The notes below the pieces were generated by a model, which was given only the letters and a program-made list of their open reading frames with translations, did not search any database and was not told the origin of the DNA. A program made the position numbers and the translations under genes. 64,000 nt of DNA from Verrucomicrobiota bacterium (lineage in GTDB: Bacteria > Verrucomicrobiota > Verrucomicrobiia > Limisphaerales > Palsa-1400), in assembly GCA_049510745.1 (NCBI GenBank), contig JBEKYR010000012.1, forward strand, positions 74,208 to 138,207, given 5' to 3'. Positions 40,002 through 49,861 of this stretch are shown piece by piece. Every line of letters starts with the position of its first letter. The stretch's first letter is position 1.

Positions 40002-41957
40002 TTAGGGGGAAGGTTGATTGGTTTTGGCCTTGATGGGAATGATATTATAGCGGCCAACGGCCTGAAAACGGTTCGTCTTCGACTGCCAAATCAGGCAGTC
40101 GGAGTTCGAAATAATGTAGCTTTCGGTGCGGGCGACGGGAGTGCCGGTGAGTGTGACGCGGTCGTTGGTCGCGGCATAGACGGCCCGGTCGCCGGTGGCA
40201 TGCATGAGTCGGGCCGCCTGCCATTGATCGAGAACGACATCGCGCTCGGCCACGGCTTGTTCCATCCGGTTTGTCACCGGCGAAAATTGCGCGGTCGCCA
40301 CCGCCGCTGTCAACTGATTGGTCGCCGCTTTGGGGCCGGTCCCGAAAGCGGCCAGCACGACGTTGGTCTCGGCGGCGAGGTCCTTGAGCAAGCCGGTGGC
40401 GGGCGAGCGGTGCGCGGTAAGCACGGCGCAGGAGATGGTTTTGATCACGCCCGCGAAGTTGGGCGCGGTCTGGCCGCGGACATGGCCTCGGGCGACGGCC
40501 TCGACCACCTGGTTGCTTTCCAGCGTGACCACGAGAAGATCGCAAGCCAGCGTGTCGCGAAGCGTGTCTCCTTCGAGAAGCCGCGCGACCACGTGCTCGT
40601 GAAAGGTCGCCAGGTTGGTTTGATAGTCGAGGTCGGTGGAAGTGATGATAAGCCACTGGGTGGCGGAGCGGTTGGAGGACGGGGCGGCGTTGGTCTTGGC
40701 GGTCCCGGCGAGGTTGAGTTTAAGTTGGGCGCCGCCGCGGGCGTGATAGAGCTTGTTGGTCAACTCCGCCCGCAGCACCCGGCCCTTGACTTCCAATTGG
40801 TCGTTCCACCAAACCGGGTTTTCAGTCAATTCGAAGGAATCGTTGGTCCGCGCATAGACGGCGCGCCCGCCGGTGGCGCGGCTGTGATCGGCCTCGTTGA
40901 CAATGAGGACATTGCCGGTGGCGGTCATGCTTTCCACCGGGCCGTTGGTGGGCGGCCACTGCAAGGCGGCGAAGTCTGCGAACAATTCGCGGAAAGCGTT
41001 GGTGTCGGCAACGGGCGCGGCGCCGGGCGGCGGGCGGTTCGTGCCTGGCGCGGCATTGGGCCAGCGGACGTAAACGTGATTGGAGCCGGTGAGATAATGG
41101 CGCGCGCTGTCGTATAGAAAGCATCCGGCCCAGGCCTGCTCGTCGCCGTTTTGCCAGGCGGCGTCGCCGGTCAATTCCATCATTTCGCCGGCGTCGGCCA
41201 GGTAATAAAACGCCCGATTGCCGGTGGCGCGGCCCTTGTTGGTGGTGGTGATGACGACGTCGCGCCGGGCCAGAATCGTGTCAACGGCGCCATTGGTGGT
41301 GAGTTGGACGGTCATGAGTTCGGAGGTCATGTCCATCTGCGGATCGATCACGTGAACGTGGCGCGAGTAATCGATCCGGTTGGACTGGTAATCGAATTGG
41401 CCGGCACCGGAGAAAATCCACACGATCTGCCCGGCGGCGGACGGCCCGTTGGACGGCCCGCCGGCAAGGAGCGGGGTCTTGAGCAGGGCCTTGAGCACGC
41501 GCGTTTCGACGTCGTTGGAAATGGCGACGATGTGGTTGGATTCAGTAAAGAAGAAACCATCGCCCTGCACGAAGACGTTGGTGGTCGGCGTGAAGAGCAC
41601 CAGGTGGCCCTCGTCCCAGGCCTCTTTGCCGACGTTGTCGATGTGGCAGGCCGGGGCCTGGGCGATCAATTGCACCTGGTTGGCCTGCCCGTTCCGGTAA
41701 GATTTCATCTCGAAGGGAGTGGCCAGGACATCCCGGTCCGAGAGCCGGTTCCAGTTCGAGGCCGTCAAGACAGTGTCAAGCATCTTGCCTTGCGGAGTGT
41801 CGCGGTAGAAGATCATCGAGGCGTTGCCGCCCAGATGGTCCTCGGGGGCGGCGCGGGCGTGAACGGCGGCGCAGACCCAGGCCAGAAGAAGAAACAAAGG
41901 CGGGAGGAGGCGCCGCCGCGCTGCCGTGCCGGCGGCGTGAGAACGGCGGGTTTTCAT
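40002..41957 (-). CDS. Long LptA/OstA-like beta-jellyroll repeat protein
   Basis: Lies between kdsA and lptB; repeated ATG.RA.Y..LTG.P-type units; N-terminal hydrophobic segment. Confidence 0.7.
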   Translation of the reverse strand: MKTRRSHAAGTAARRRLLPPLFLLLAWVCAAVHARAAPEDHLGGNASMIFYRDTPQGKMLDTVLTASNWNRLSDRDVLATPFEMKSYRNGQANQVQLIAQAPACHIDNVGKEAWDEGHLVLFTPTTNVFVQGDGFFFTESNHIVAISNDVETRVLKALLKTPLLAGGPSNGPSAAGQIVWIFSGAGQFDYQSNRIDYSRHVHVIDPQMDMTSELMTVQLTTNGAVDTILARRDVVITTTNKGRATGNRAFYYLADAGEMMELTGDAAWQNGDEQAWAGCFLYDSARHYLTGSNHVYVRWPNAAPGTNRPPPGAAPVADTNAFRELFADFAALQWPPTNGPVESMTATGNVLIVNEADHSRATGGRAVYARTNDSFELTENPVWWNDQLEVKGRVLRAELTNKLYHARGGAQLKLNLAGTAKTNAAPSSNRSATQWLIITSTDLDYQTNLATFHEHVVARLLEGDTLRDTLACDLLVVTLESNQVVEAVARGHVRGQTAPNFAGVIKTISCAVLTAHRSPATGLLKDLAAETNVVLAAFGTGPKAATNQLTAAVATAQFSPVTNRMEQAVAERDVVLDQWQAARLMHATGDRAVYAATNDRVTLTGTPVARTESYIISNSDCLIWQSKTNRFQAVGRYNIIPIKAKTNQPSP

Positions 41958-42787
41958 TGGCTGGCCGGCAAAGCGCGGAGAGCGGCGTGCAACCTGGCCA
42001 ACCCGGCCAGAAGCCGCGCCATCTGGTGGAGCGGAATCATATTGGGACCGTCGCTCAGGGCGTGGTCCGGATCGGGATGCGTTTCGATGAACAGGCCGTC
42101 GGCGCCCGCGGCCAGGGCGCAACGGGCCAGCACCGGCGCCATCTCGCGCTCGCCGCCGGAGCGGTCGCCGCCCGCCCCGGGCAGTTGCACCGAATGCGTC
42201 GCGTCGAAGATCACGGGGAATCCGAACTGGCGCAGAATCGGGATGGAGCGCATGTCCACCACCAGATTGTTATAGCCGAAAGTCGTGCCGCGCTCGGTCA
42301 CCAGCAGTTTATGGCCGCCCGCGCCGGCGGCCTTCTTGATGACCTGACCCATTTCCTGGGGAGACAGGAACTGGCCCTTTTTCAAGTTGACGATCTTGCC
42401 CGTGCGCACGGCGGCGGCGATCAAATCGGTTTGGCGGCACAAAAAGGCCGGGATTTGGAGAATATCGACGGCGTTGGCGGCGGCGCGCGCCTGCTCCTCG
42501 GTGTGGACATCGGTCAGGACGGGAACGCCGAGTCGGGCGCGAATCCGGGCCAGGACCTCCAGACCGGCCTGCAGGCCGGGACCGCGGAAGGATTGGCCGG
42601 AGGACCGGTTGGCCTTGTCGTAGCTGGCCTTGAAAATGTAGTTCAGGCCCAGCCGGCGGCAGGTTTTGCGCAGCGACACCGCCACTTCGAAGCAAAGCTC
42701 CTCCGATTCGATGACGCACGGGCCGGCGATCAAAGTCAATTGCTTTGACCGTCGCAACGAATTCCAAATGGCGGTGTCACTGAGCAT
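41954..42787 (-). CDS. kdsA: KDO8P synthase
   Basis: IAGPCVIE, KASYDKANRSS, QIPAFLCRQTDL, KKGQF, DATHSVQ. Confidence 0.97.
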   Translation of the reverse strand: MLSDTAIWNSLRRSKQLTLIAGPCVIESEELCFEVAVSLRKTCRRLGLNYIFKASYDKANRSSGQSFRGPGLQAGLEVLARIRARLGVPVLTDVHTEEQARAAANAVDILQIPAFLCRQTDLIAAAVRTGKIVNLKKGQFLSPQEMGQVIKKAAGAGGHKLLVTERGTTFGYNNLVVDMRSIPILRQFGFPVIFDATHSVQLPGAGGDRSGGEREMAPVLARCALAAGADGLFIETHPDPDHALSDGPNMIPLHQMARLLAGLARLHAALRALPASQ

Positions 42788-43132
42788 GTCCGTGTCTCTG
42801 CCTCTGTTTTATGGGAAAAGAGCGGCCACCGCAAGAGCGCTTGCGCCGGACCACTGCCGGCGCAGTTCCAGGCTGATCCAATTGGACTGTGAATCCGCGC
42901 GTCTGTCCGGCTTTCAGTTTGGAATTGAAAACTCACCGCCAGACCGTAGGCTCGGCTGCGAATGCCGGACCTGAATTATCAGCGAATGATCATTGGCTGT
43001 TTCCGGCCCAATCCGAGTTCTTACCTGGCAGAACGTTGAACGCGAGGCCCTGGGGCGAGTTTCCGATCCAGAGAACGAAAGGGGCGCCCCCGGACAGTTG
43101 CCGGAGGCACGGGCTGAAGTCAGAAGCGGCAT

Positions 43133-43318
43133 TCAGCCGCCGTATTCTTTCGCCAGTTTTCCGTCAGTTGTGTAAATGCCGGACGCGATCAAGGACTGGA
43201 AACCTTCCTTTGGGGCCATTCCGCGGACTCGCTTCAGAACGCGCTCATGCAACTCCAACAACTCTTTCCTGGAAAGGACTGAGCCGTTTGCTTCGGGCCT
43301 CTTTGTCTTTGTTGTCAT
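43133..43318 (-). CDS. Small hypothetical protein
   Basis: MTTKTKRPE...LIASGIYTTDGKLAKEYGG in a lower-GC intergenic patch. Confidence 0.5.
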   Translation of the reverse strand: MTTKTKRPEANGSVLSRKELLELHERVLKRVRGMAPKEGFQSLIASGIYTTDGKLAKEYGG

Positions 43319-43424
43319 TCGTATTTGAACGGTTCCGTTGAGAACCAGTTCACTGGCAAAATATCTCCGTTTCCGGTCGGAAGTCAACTCTGCGTCCAGA
43401 ATTGTTTCGCGCGCCGCCCTGAGC

Positions 43425-45527
43425 TTACCGGCTCCCGCTTGGCGCGGCGGGCCGGGGACTCTGGGCCGGCAGGCGGCAAATAACATTGTTGACGCTGTCG
43501 GCGATGTAGAGATTCCCCTTCGCGTCCACCGCGATGGCGGACGGATCCGCGAACGGGCCGCCGGCCGCGCCGGTCAACGACACGGGCGGCAGCCTGGTCA
43601 TCTTGCCGTCCGGCAAGATTTTGTGGAGGCCCGCCGCGTCCGTGACATAGACCGAGCCGAGGCCATCGACGGCGACGTTCTCCGGAGCGGAAAGAGCCGG
43701 GGCAAAAGTGGTGGTTTCACTGGCGGGAGTGATTTTGCGGATGGCGTTGTTGGAACTGTCGGCGACATAGACGTTGCCGGCGTGATCGACGGCCACCCCG
43801 TGCGGATCGCCAAACCGGGCGTAGCCGCCGAAGCCGTTGGCGAAGCCCGGTTTTGCGGGCGAACCGGCGCAGGTGCTGACCCGGCCGCCGGGTGTGACCT
43901 CGCGAATGGTGAAATTGCTTTTGTCGCTGACATAGACGTTGCCCGTGCGGTCCACCGCCAACGCCCAGGGATTGCGGAAATGGGCGTCGGCGCCGACGCC
44001 GTTCTCGCTGCCGGGATAATTGGCCGCGCCGGCCAGGGTCGTGACCGTGCCGTCGGGCGTGATTTTGCGGATCGTGTCGGTGGCGAATTCGGCCACATAG
44101 ACGTTGCCCAGGCTGTCCACCGCGATGCCCAGCGGCGCCAGGAAGCGCGCGGCGGCGGCAGCGCCGTCGGTTTCGCCCGGTTTGCCCGCCGCTCCGGCCA
44201 CGGTGCTGACCAGGCCGTCGGGCGTGATTTTGCGGATGGTGTTGTTGCCGGTGTCCGCCACAAAAAGGTTCCCGGCGCTGTCAACAGCAATTCCGCCCGG
44301 CGATTGGAAGCGCGCGGCGGTCCCGGGGCCGTCCGCGCTCCCCGGCGCGCCGAGCCGCCCGGCGATGATCGGGGACGGGCCGCCTGTCGGGACGGCCGGA
44401 AAGCTGGGCTGGATGACTACCGGCGGCGCGGAGGTCGGGACCGGCTGGGCGGGGCGGGCCACTTTCGCGGGCGGCGCAGGCCAAGTGCTCCACAGCGCCA
44501 GCGCCAACAAGGCCAGGCCGGCGGGAATCCAAATGGCGGAAGGAATCCGCCGGACGCGCCGGACCAGGCCGTGCGGCCCGACCGGCGGTTTGCCTTGTTG
44601 GATGCGTTCCAAATCGGCCAGAACGTCGGCCATGTCGGCGTAACGGTCGCGCAATTCGCGCGCCATGGCGCCTTCGGCCACAGCGGTCAAGCCCGCGTCG
44701 GCCGCGGGTTGGCGGGTCTTGATGGGGGTGGGCGGGCCGGCCAGGATTTGGCGGCGGATGTCGCTGGTGCTGCGTCCGGCGTAAGGCGGTTCGCCAGTGA
44801 GCATTTCGTAGAGCAGCGCGCCAAAGGCGTAAATATCGCAACGGGTGTCCTCCGCGTTGCCGGCGGCCACCCCCGGGGACATATAGGGGGCGGTGCCTTC
44901 GATCTGCTCCCGCTCTACGTCAACAATAGTGTCGTTGAACAAGGTCCGCGCCAGTCCGAAGTCGGCCAGGCAGGCGGCTTCGCCGGGGCCGAGCAGGATG
45001 TTGGCGGGCTTGAGATCGCGGTGAATGATGCCACGGCGATGCGCGAATTGCAGCCCGTCGGCCACGTGCCGGGCAATCTCCAGGGCCGCGCCGGGCTCGA
45101 GGGGTTGTCCGGGCTTGAGGCGCTGGGCCAGGCTGCCGCGCTCAAAGAAGGGCATGACGAAATAGGGGCCTTGCGCCCGGTCGGAAACTTCCAGGACGGG
45201 CACGACGTTTTTGTGGCGCAGCTTTTGCAGGTGGCCGGCTTCCTTGACGAAGCGATGGACGATTTGCTGATTGGGCGCCAGCTCGGGCCGGATCATTTTG
45301 ATGGCAACGTCGCGACCGGTCTCGGTGTCGCGCGCCATGAGAACGACTCCCATGCCGCCGCCGCCGAGCACGCGCAGCACTTCGTAGCGGGCCAGGGTGG
45401 CCAGCAGGCCGGGGCGGCTGGGCGGCGAAAGCAAGCGATGGCCGACCAGTTCGGCAATGGGTCCGGCGAAGGCCGAAACCGGCGGCGTAAAGGCGGAAGG
45501 CTGCTGGTTGGAAGGTTCGTTGCTCAT
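43425..45527 (-). CDS. Membrane Hanks-type Ser/Thr kinase with C-terminal NHL repeats
   Basis: LGGGGMGVV, VAIK, HRDLKPAN, DFG, TM helix, repeated P.GIAVD..GN.YVAD. Confidence 0.92.
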   Translation of the reverse strand: MSNEPSNQQPSAFTPPVSAFAGPIAELVGHRLLSPPSRPGLLATLARYEVLRVLGGGGMGVVLMARDTETGRDVAIKMIRPELAPNQQIVHRFVKEAGHLQKLRHKNVVPVLEVSDRAQGPYFVMPFFERGSLAQRLKPGQPLEPGAALEIARHVADGLQFAHRRGIIHRDLKPANILLGPGEAACLADFGLARTLFNDTIVDVEREQIEGTAPYMSPGVAAGNAEDTRCDIYAFGALLYEMLTGEPPYAGRSTSDIRRQILAGPPTPIKTRQPAADAGLTAVAEGAMARELRDRYADMADVLADLERIQQGKPPVGPHGLVRRVRRIPSAIWIPAGLALLALALWSTWPAPPAKVARPAQPVPTSAPPVVIQPSFPAVPTGGPSPIIAGRLGAPGSADGPGTAARFQSPGGIAVDSAGNLFVADTGNNTIRKITPDGLVSTVAGAAGKPGETDGAAAAARFLAPLGIAVDSLGNVYVAEFATDTIRKITPDGTVTTLAGAANYPGSENGVGADAHFRNPWALAVDRTGNVYVSDKSNFTIREVTPGGRVSTCAGSPAKPGFANGFGGYARFGDPHGVAVDHAGNVYVADSSNNAIRKITPASETTTFAPALSAPENVAVDGLGSVYVTDAAGLHKILPDGKMTRLPPVSLTGAAGGPFADPSAIAVDAKGNLYIADSVNNVICRLPAQSPRPAAPSGSR

Positions 45528-46069
45528 GGTGTGGCGGCGCTGGCGGGGCCGGGCGGGGAAAGTTTTTGCAGGCCTTGGGCGAGCAATTGCTGGATGGGCG
45601 GATCGACCCACCGCTGGTCTTTGGCCCAAGTGAAGCCCCGCCGCAATTCCGCGTCGTTAAGCTGGGAAATCCGCTGGTCCAGCCGCACCAACCCGGCGGC
45701 GATGCTGGTGTAATAGAGCACGGCGGCCACTTCCTTGGGCAGGATGCTGTCCGGGTGGTCCATGTTGGTCTTGGCGAATTCCTTTGTCAGCGTGAGCAAT
45801 TCGACCGGCGGGACGGGGTGAAGGAACAACTCCAAAAAACTTTTCAGCAGCAGGCTCTGGGCGTTGCTGAGCGTCTTGAGGCGGCCCGCGGTGGCCGGAT
45901 CGAATCCGCCCAGGTCCACCAGGATGGGAGCCGAGAGTTGATGGCGGAAAATGGCGCCCAACTCGTCGGTACGCCAGAGCCGGGCGCGCTCGTCCCCCGC
46001 CGCCATGAAGGCGGCAAGGCTTTTGGGCGCGCTCTTGGACAAAGCGTCGGCGGTGTCAAATTCGGACAT
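45524..46069 (-). CDS. Hypothetical protein between the ECF sigma factor and the kinase
   Basis: 181 aa, helical; ATGA overlap with the kinase start. Confidence 0.7.
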   Translation of the reverse strand: MSEFDTADALSKSAPKSLAAFMAAGDERARLWRTDELGAIFRHQLSAPILVDLGGFDPATAGRLKTLSNAQSLLLKSFLELFLHPVPPVELLTLTKEFAKTNMDHPDSILPKEVAAVLYYTSIAAGLVRLDQRISQLNDAELRRGFTWAKDQRWVDPPIQQLLAQGLQKLSPPGPASAATP

Positions 46070-46163
46070 ATAACTTGGACAGGCTCGACCCGCCTTTGGG
46101 CGGATTTGTCCCCTCGATTGCCAATACGGCCCGCTGGATGGAATCTTGCGCGCGCATTTTCAT

Positions 46164-46901
46164 TCAAGTTCGCCCGGCCAGCCCCGTGACAAATTGCTCC
46201 AGCGCCTGGATTTCCGCCGCCGCGGCGGCGTCCTGCCCGGCGTAATCCTTGATCACGCGGGTCAGGTGCGCCTTGAAAATCCGTTTGGCGGTCAGGAGCA
46301 TGTTCGAGGCGTCGGTCGGGGATTTGAGGCCGAAGCGCTCGATCAACTGTTCATAAGGCGGCTGGGGAGCGTCGTTGAAGATCGGCTCCAGCAGTCGGAT
46401 ACGGAACATCTCCCAGATGTGGCGGCGGCGGGGCTGCTCGGCGGACGGGTCTTTGCAATCGGCCTCCATGCGGCGCAAGGTCTCGGCCAGCACGGTGCGG
46501 ACCCAAGTCAAGTCAAATTCCTCCGCCGGCGCCTCCGGGCCGGGCAATTCCGCCTCCAACTCGTCGAGCGAAACGGGCGGGCGCTTCACCTCCGCGCGGT
46601 CCAGGCGGTCGAGGACGAAATTGCGCAGGCTGGTTTTGAGAAAATCGCGGAACTGGCCGCGCTCTCGATCGGCGCGTTGCAGCCAGCCTTTTTTGAGGAT
46701 TTTATCCTCGGCGAACTCCTGCAGGAGGATGTCCCACTGGTCTTTGAGGCTGGGGAAGGAGGCGGCCAGGTAGATTTTGAGCGGCGGCCAATAAAGGCGG
46801 ATGAGGCGGTCCAGCCGGGCCTCGTCGGCCTCGGCCGCCTTCCCCAACTCCGTCCAATCGGTGCGCGGGAAGATGGAACTGGCTGTTGAATCGGAAGACA
46901 T
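46164..46901 (-). CDS. ECF sigma factor of the kinase-associated 'FxxTxW' type
   Basis: FPRTDWT, LIRLYWPPL, RGQFRDFL..LRNF, region-4-like C-terminus. Confidence 0.8.
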   Translation of the reverse strand: MSSDSTASSIFPRTDWTELGKAAEADEARLDRLIRLYWPPLKIYLAASFPSLKDQWDILLQEFAEDKILKKGWLQRADRERGQFRDFLKTSLRNFVLDRLDRAEVKRPPVSLDELEAELPGPEAPAEEFDLTWVRTVLAETLRRMEADCKDPSAEQPRRRHIWEMFRIRLLEPIFNDAPQPPYEQLIERFGLKSPTDASNMLLTAKRIFKAHLTRVIKDYAGQDAAAAAEIQALEQFVTGLAGRT

Positions 46902-47029
46902 AGTCGCCCGCGGAGTATTGAAGGGGAGACAGCGAGCCGGGGCAAGCGCAATTCCGGGGGACGCATCCCGGTTTGTGGCAACCATATTGTCAATGAGAGG
47001 CACTGGCCGGCCGCAGACAGGCCCACAAG

Positions 47030-47160
47030 AATGACGAATGTCTAAGCTCGAATGACGAAACAATGACGAAGCTCGAATGACGAAACTCATGCGGGTGCAG
47101 TTTTCGCCATTGGGTCATTGGAGCATTCTTTAGACATTCGAGCTTAGGCATTAGTCATTT
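47030..47160. repeat. Imperfect inverted repeat built of AATGACG-like units
   Basis: aatgtctaagctcgaatg (~47037) versus cattcgagcttaggcatt (~47135). Confidence 0.7.
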
Positions 47161-47292
47161 TCCCCGGTTGATCGCGGCTTGCCGTCCAGCGGCACTGACG
47201 AGTGTCCAAGAAGTGATGCGCCCCAACTCAGTTTTCGAAGGTCGTTGTTCGTGACTTTTGCCCGGCAGAGCGGTCTAATTGCATGGTAGGAT

Positions 47293-49035
47293 ATGAAGGC
47301 TGCGAGTCTGGCAAATTTTGCGAGGCGGCGGGGCCGAATGGGGCTGGCCGTCGCATTGGTTGCGGCAGTGGCCGCTCTCTGCTGGTGGACGGGCTTGTTT
47401 GAACGGGAACCTTCCTATCAAGGGAAGACCGCCACTCAATGGCTGGAATCGGTCCAGAACGGCGGAGGTTGGGCGGCGGCTACGGCGGCCTTCAGGTCAA
47501 TGGGTCCAAAGGGTGTGCGTTTTCTCGCGCGGACATTGGAGAAAAAGCCAGTTCAAATGCCTGCGAGCGTCGAGAGGTTTATTAACTCACTTGAGCTCCC
47601 CGAATGGGCCAATCCGACGTGGCGAATGGACTACAATGCAGCACATTTAGGTTACCGTCAGGAAGCTGCGGCGAATATCCTTCAGCGCTTGGGAAGCGAT
47701 GCAGCGCCTGCAATTCCCACCTTGGTGCGCATGTTCCGTCATCGTAAGGCAAACGAGTCGAACGGGTTCGCGTACCTGATGGCGCCAATGGCAGACAAGC
47801 TTGAATTCATGGTGCCGGAACTGATCAAGGATTTGGACCAAAATAAACCGGGCAACATCCGGCCCATCGAGGACATCAAGCTTCTTGCCGCGATCGGCCC
47901 CAAGGCGGAAGATGCCATTCCGGTTCTGTCGAAAATAGCGCAGTCCGGAAACGGTTGGGTGGAGCTGCCCGCGGCGGTTGCGCTCTGGAACATCGCTCGC
48001 GAGACGAACGAGTTAATCCGATGCATCTCAAACACTCTGAGGGGGCGTGGTGACTTGACTTTCTCTGCGCTGCCCGAGTTGCGCGACTGCGTTCCTCCTC
48101 CGCAACCGATGATCCCTCTGCTGGAGAACGCTTTACGCCACCCGATGCCACGGGTACGTCAGGACGCTGCATCTCTGATCGAGAAAATCGATCCCGACCG
48201 GTTACGGCGGATTGCGGAAGAATTGAACAGGCATCAAGCCGAGCTTTTTCAGGAACACTTGAAGTTATTGGAAAGCTCCAACGATCTGGATCGCTTGACC
48301 GCCATCGAGGCGATACAATTCATGGGACCCCAAGCCATAAGCGCCGTCTCACGCCTGGCCCAAATTATTTGTCGCCAGCAGCGCAGCCCTTTAATGGCCA
48401 ATACTTTCGTCGCTTCGGGCCTGGATGTGTTCGGGGCATTCCGAGCTTTGCGGGAAATTGGTCATGGCGGCGCCGCTGCCACCCCGATTCTCATTGGGTT
48501 GCTTCAGACTAACACTGATTTGGCCCCTTCGGTCTTCGACACTCTGTCGAGTTTTGGCGTCGACGCTGCGGCGGCGATTCCCGCCGTGCGCGCATTTATG
48601 GCGACGAACACCGGCCCCGCGCGTTTTCAAGCGGCGCTGGCGTTGGCTGCCATCGACCCGGGCGATACCAACGCAGTTGCGATTATTCGCGAGCTCACAA
48701 CCTCCCAGCCTCATTACTGGGGAGGCCGGATTGTGCCCAGCGATCCAACGACGCGCCTCTTTGCCTCCGTCTCATTATGGAAGCTTGGTCTGGAAACGAA
48801 TCCACCGGTGGACGAACTGATTGCCCATGCGACGAACTATAATGGCGGCTGGGCTATCAACTTATTGGGGGACATCGGTCCTTCGGCGAGAAAGGCGTTG
48901 CCGTTTTTGGAGCAGAAGTTAGACCCGTTAATCCCGTCGCTTGATATAGCCATCGCCATCCGCAAGATCGATCCCGAGGAAGCGAAGCGTCTTGGCTTGC
49001 CCGGCCTGTTGATCATCTGCCCGGACAAGTATTAG
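47293..49035 (+). CDS. HEAT-repeat protein with N-terminal TM segment
   Basis: EPSYQGKT..QWL; repeated L..IGP.A..AIP.L units. Confidence 0.8.
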   Translation: MKAASLANFARRRGRMGLAVALVAAVAALCWWTGLFEREPSYQGKTATQWLESVQNGGGWAAATAAFRSMGPKGVRFLARTLEKKPVQMPASVERFINSLELPEWANPTWRMDYNAAHLGYRQEAAANILQRLGSDAAPAIPTLVRMFRHRKANESNGFAYLMAPMADKLEFMVPELIKDLDQNKPGNIRPIEDIKLLAAIGPKAEDAIPVLSKIAQSGNGWVELPAAVALWNIARETNELIRCISNTLRGRGDLTFSALPELRDCVPPPQPMIPLLENALRHPMPRVRQDAASLIEKIDPDRLRRIAEELNRHQAELFQEHLKLLESSNDLDRLTAIEAIQFMGPQAISAVSRLAQIICRQQRSPLMANTFVASGLDVFGAFRALREIGHGGAAATPILIGLLQTNTDLAPSVFDTLSSFGVDAAAAIPAVRAFMATNTGPARFQAALALAAIDPGDTNAVAIIRELTTSQPHYWGGRIVPSDPTTRLFASVSLWKLGLETNPPVDELIAHATNYNGGWAINLLGDIGPSARKALPFLEQKLDPLIPSLDIAIAIRKIDPEEAKRLGLPGLLIICPDKY

Positions 49036-49038
49036 CCT

Positions 49039-49536
49039 TTATTTCCGGCCGCGAAAAGGCATCAGCCCGAAATGCAGGGCCAGCCAGATGGGCGGGGCGA
49101 AAATCACCACGGCCACCAAGCGGGCCAATGTCCAGTTCAGAAAGTGGGCCTGCATCGGGAAGATCGTGATCATGAAATAATTGGCGAAACGCGTGTGGCC
49201 GAGGAAACGGCCATGTTTGGGGAACCGCTTGCGCACGCCGCTCAGAAGCGCCACCACTCCGATTGTCAATACTAGCACAGTAACCAGCAGATTGATGGGC
49301 AGGGAGGCGTGGGATTCCGGCGGGTGGACGGGCGCGGGGCGCGGCGCGAAAAGCCATTGCAGACCCGCCCAGAGAAAACTGAACCCGGTCTGGAGCGCGG
49401 TGCGGAAATTGGCCTTGGTCGGCGCGGTTTCGTTCAGGAGCAGGCCAAAATAAAGGGGCACGATGCCCCAAATCAATTGGAGGTGCTCGAACGGCGTCAC
49501 AATCAATCGCACAAACACGGACCAGTAAAAATGCAT
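49039..49536 (-). CDS. Hypothetical membrane protein
   Basis: Several hydrophobic segments starting at MHFYWSV. Confidence 0.6.
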   Translation of the reverse strand: MHFYWSVFVRLIVTPFEHLQLIWGIVPLYFGLLLNETAPTKANFRTALQTGFSFLWAGLQWLFAPRPAPVHPPESHASLPINLLVTVLVLTIGVVALLSGVRKRFPKHGRFLGHTRFANYFMITIFPMQAHFLNWTLARLVAVVIFAPPIWLALHFGLMPFRGRK

Positions 49537-49628
49537 AACTTGCCCCAACGCTAAAACGTCCGGCTCCGCGCGGAAAGCATTCAGTGCGGGCTGTCCCAAA
49601 TCCTCGTAAGACGGGCGCGAAACATTCA

Positions 49629-49766
49629 GGGGAGTACGCGCGCCCTCGCGTGTCGTGGCCGGCGCCCTCGCCGGCCACATCTTTGAATCTTATACACTTC
49701 CTATGGAATTTGGGGATGCCATCGGCGAGGGCGCCGATGGCGACACGCGCGGGCGCGTGTGCTCCC
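49629..49766. repeat. Inverted pair of REP-like elements (BIME-like)
   Basis: Two copies of the 1975-2024 element in opposite orientation. Confidence 0.7.
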
Positions 49767-49861
49767 GATCCGCAGCCGTCCTTTCGTTACGCGAGGATCA
49801 AGGGCTGTTTTCTTAACTTGACCGGAGGCTGCAATGGCGTTTGGATGGCGGCGCTTATCTT

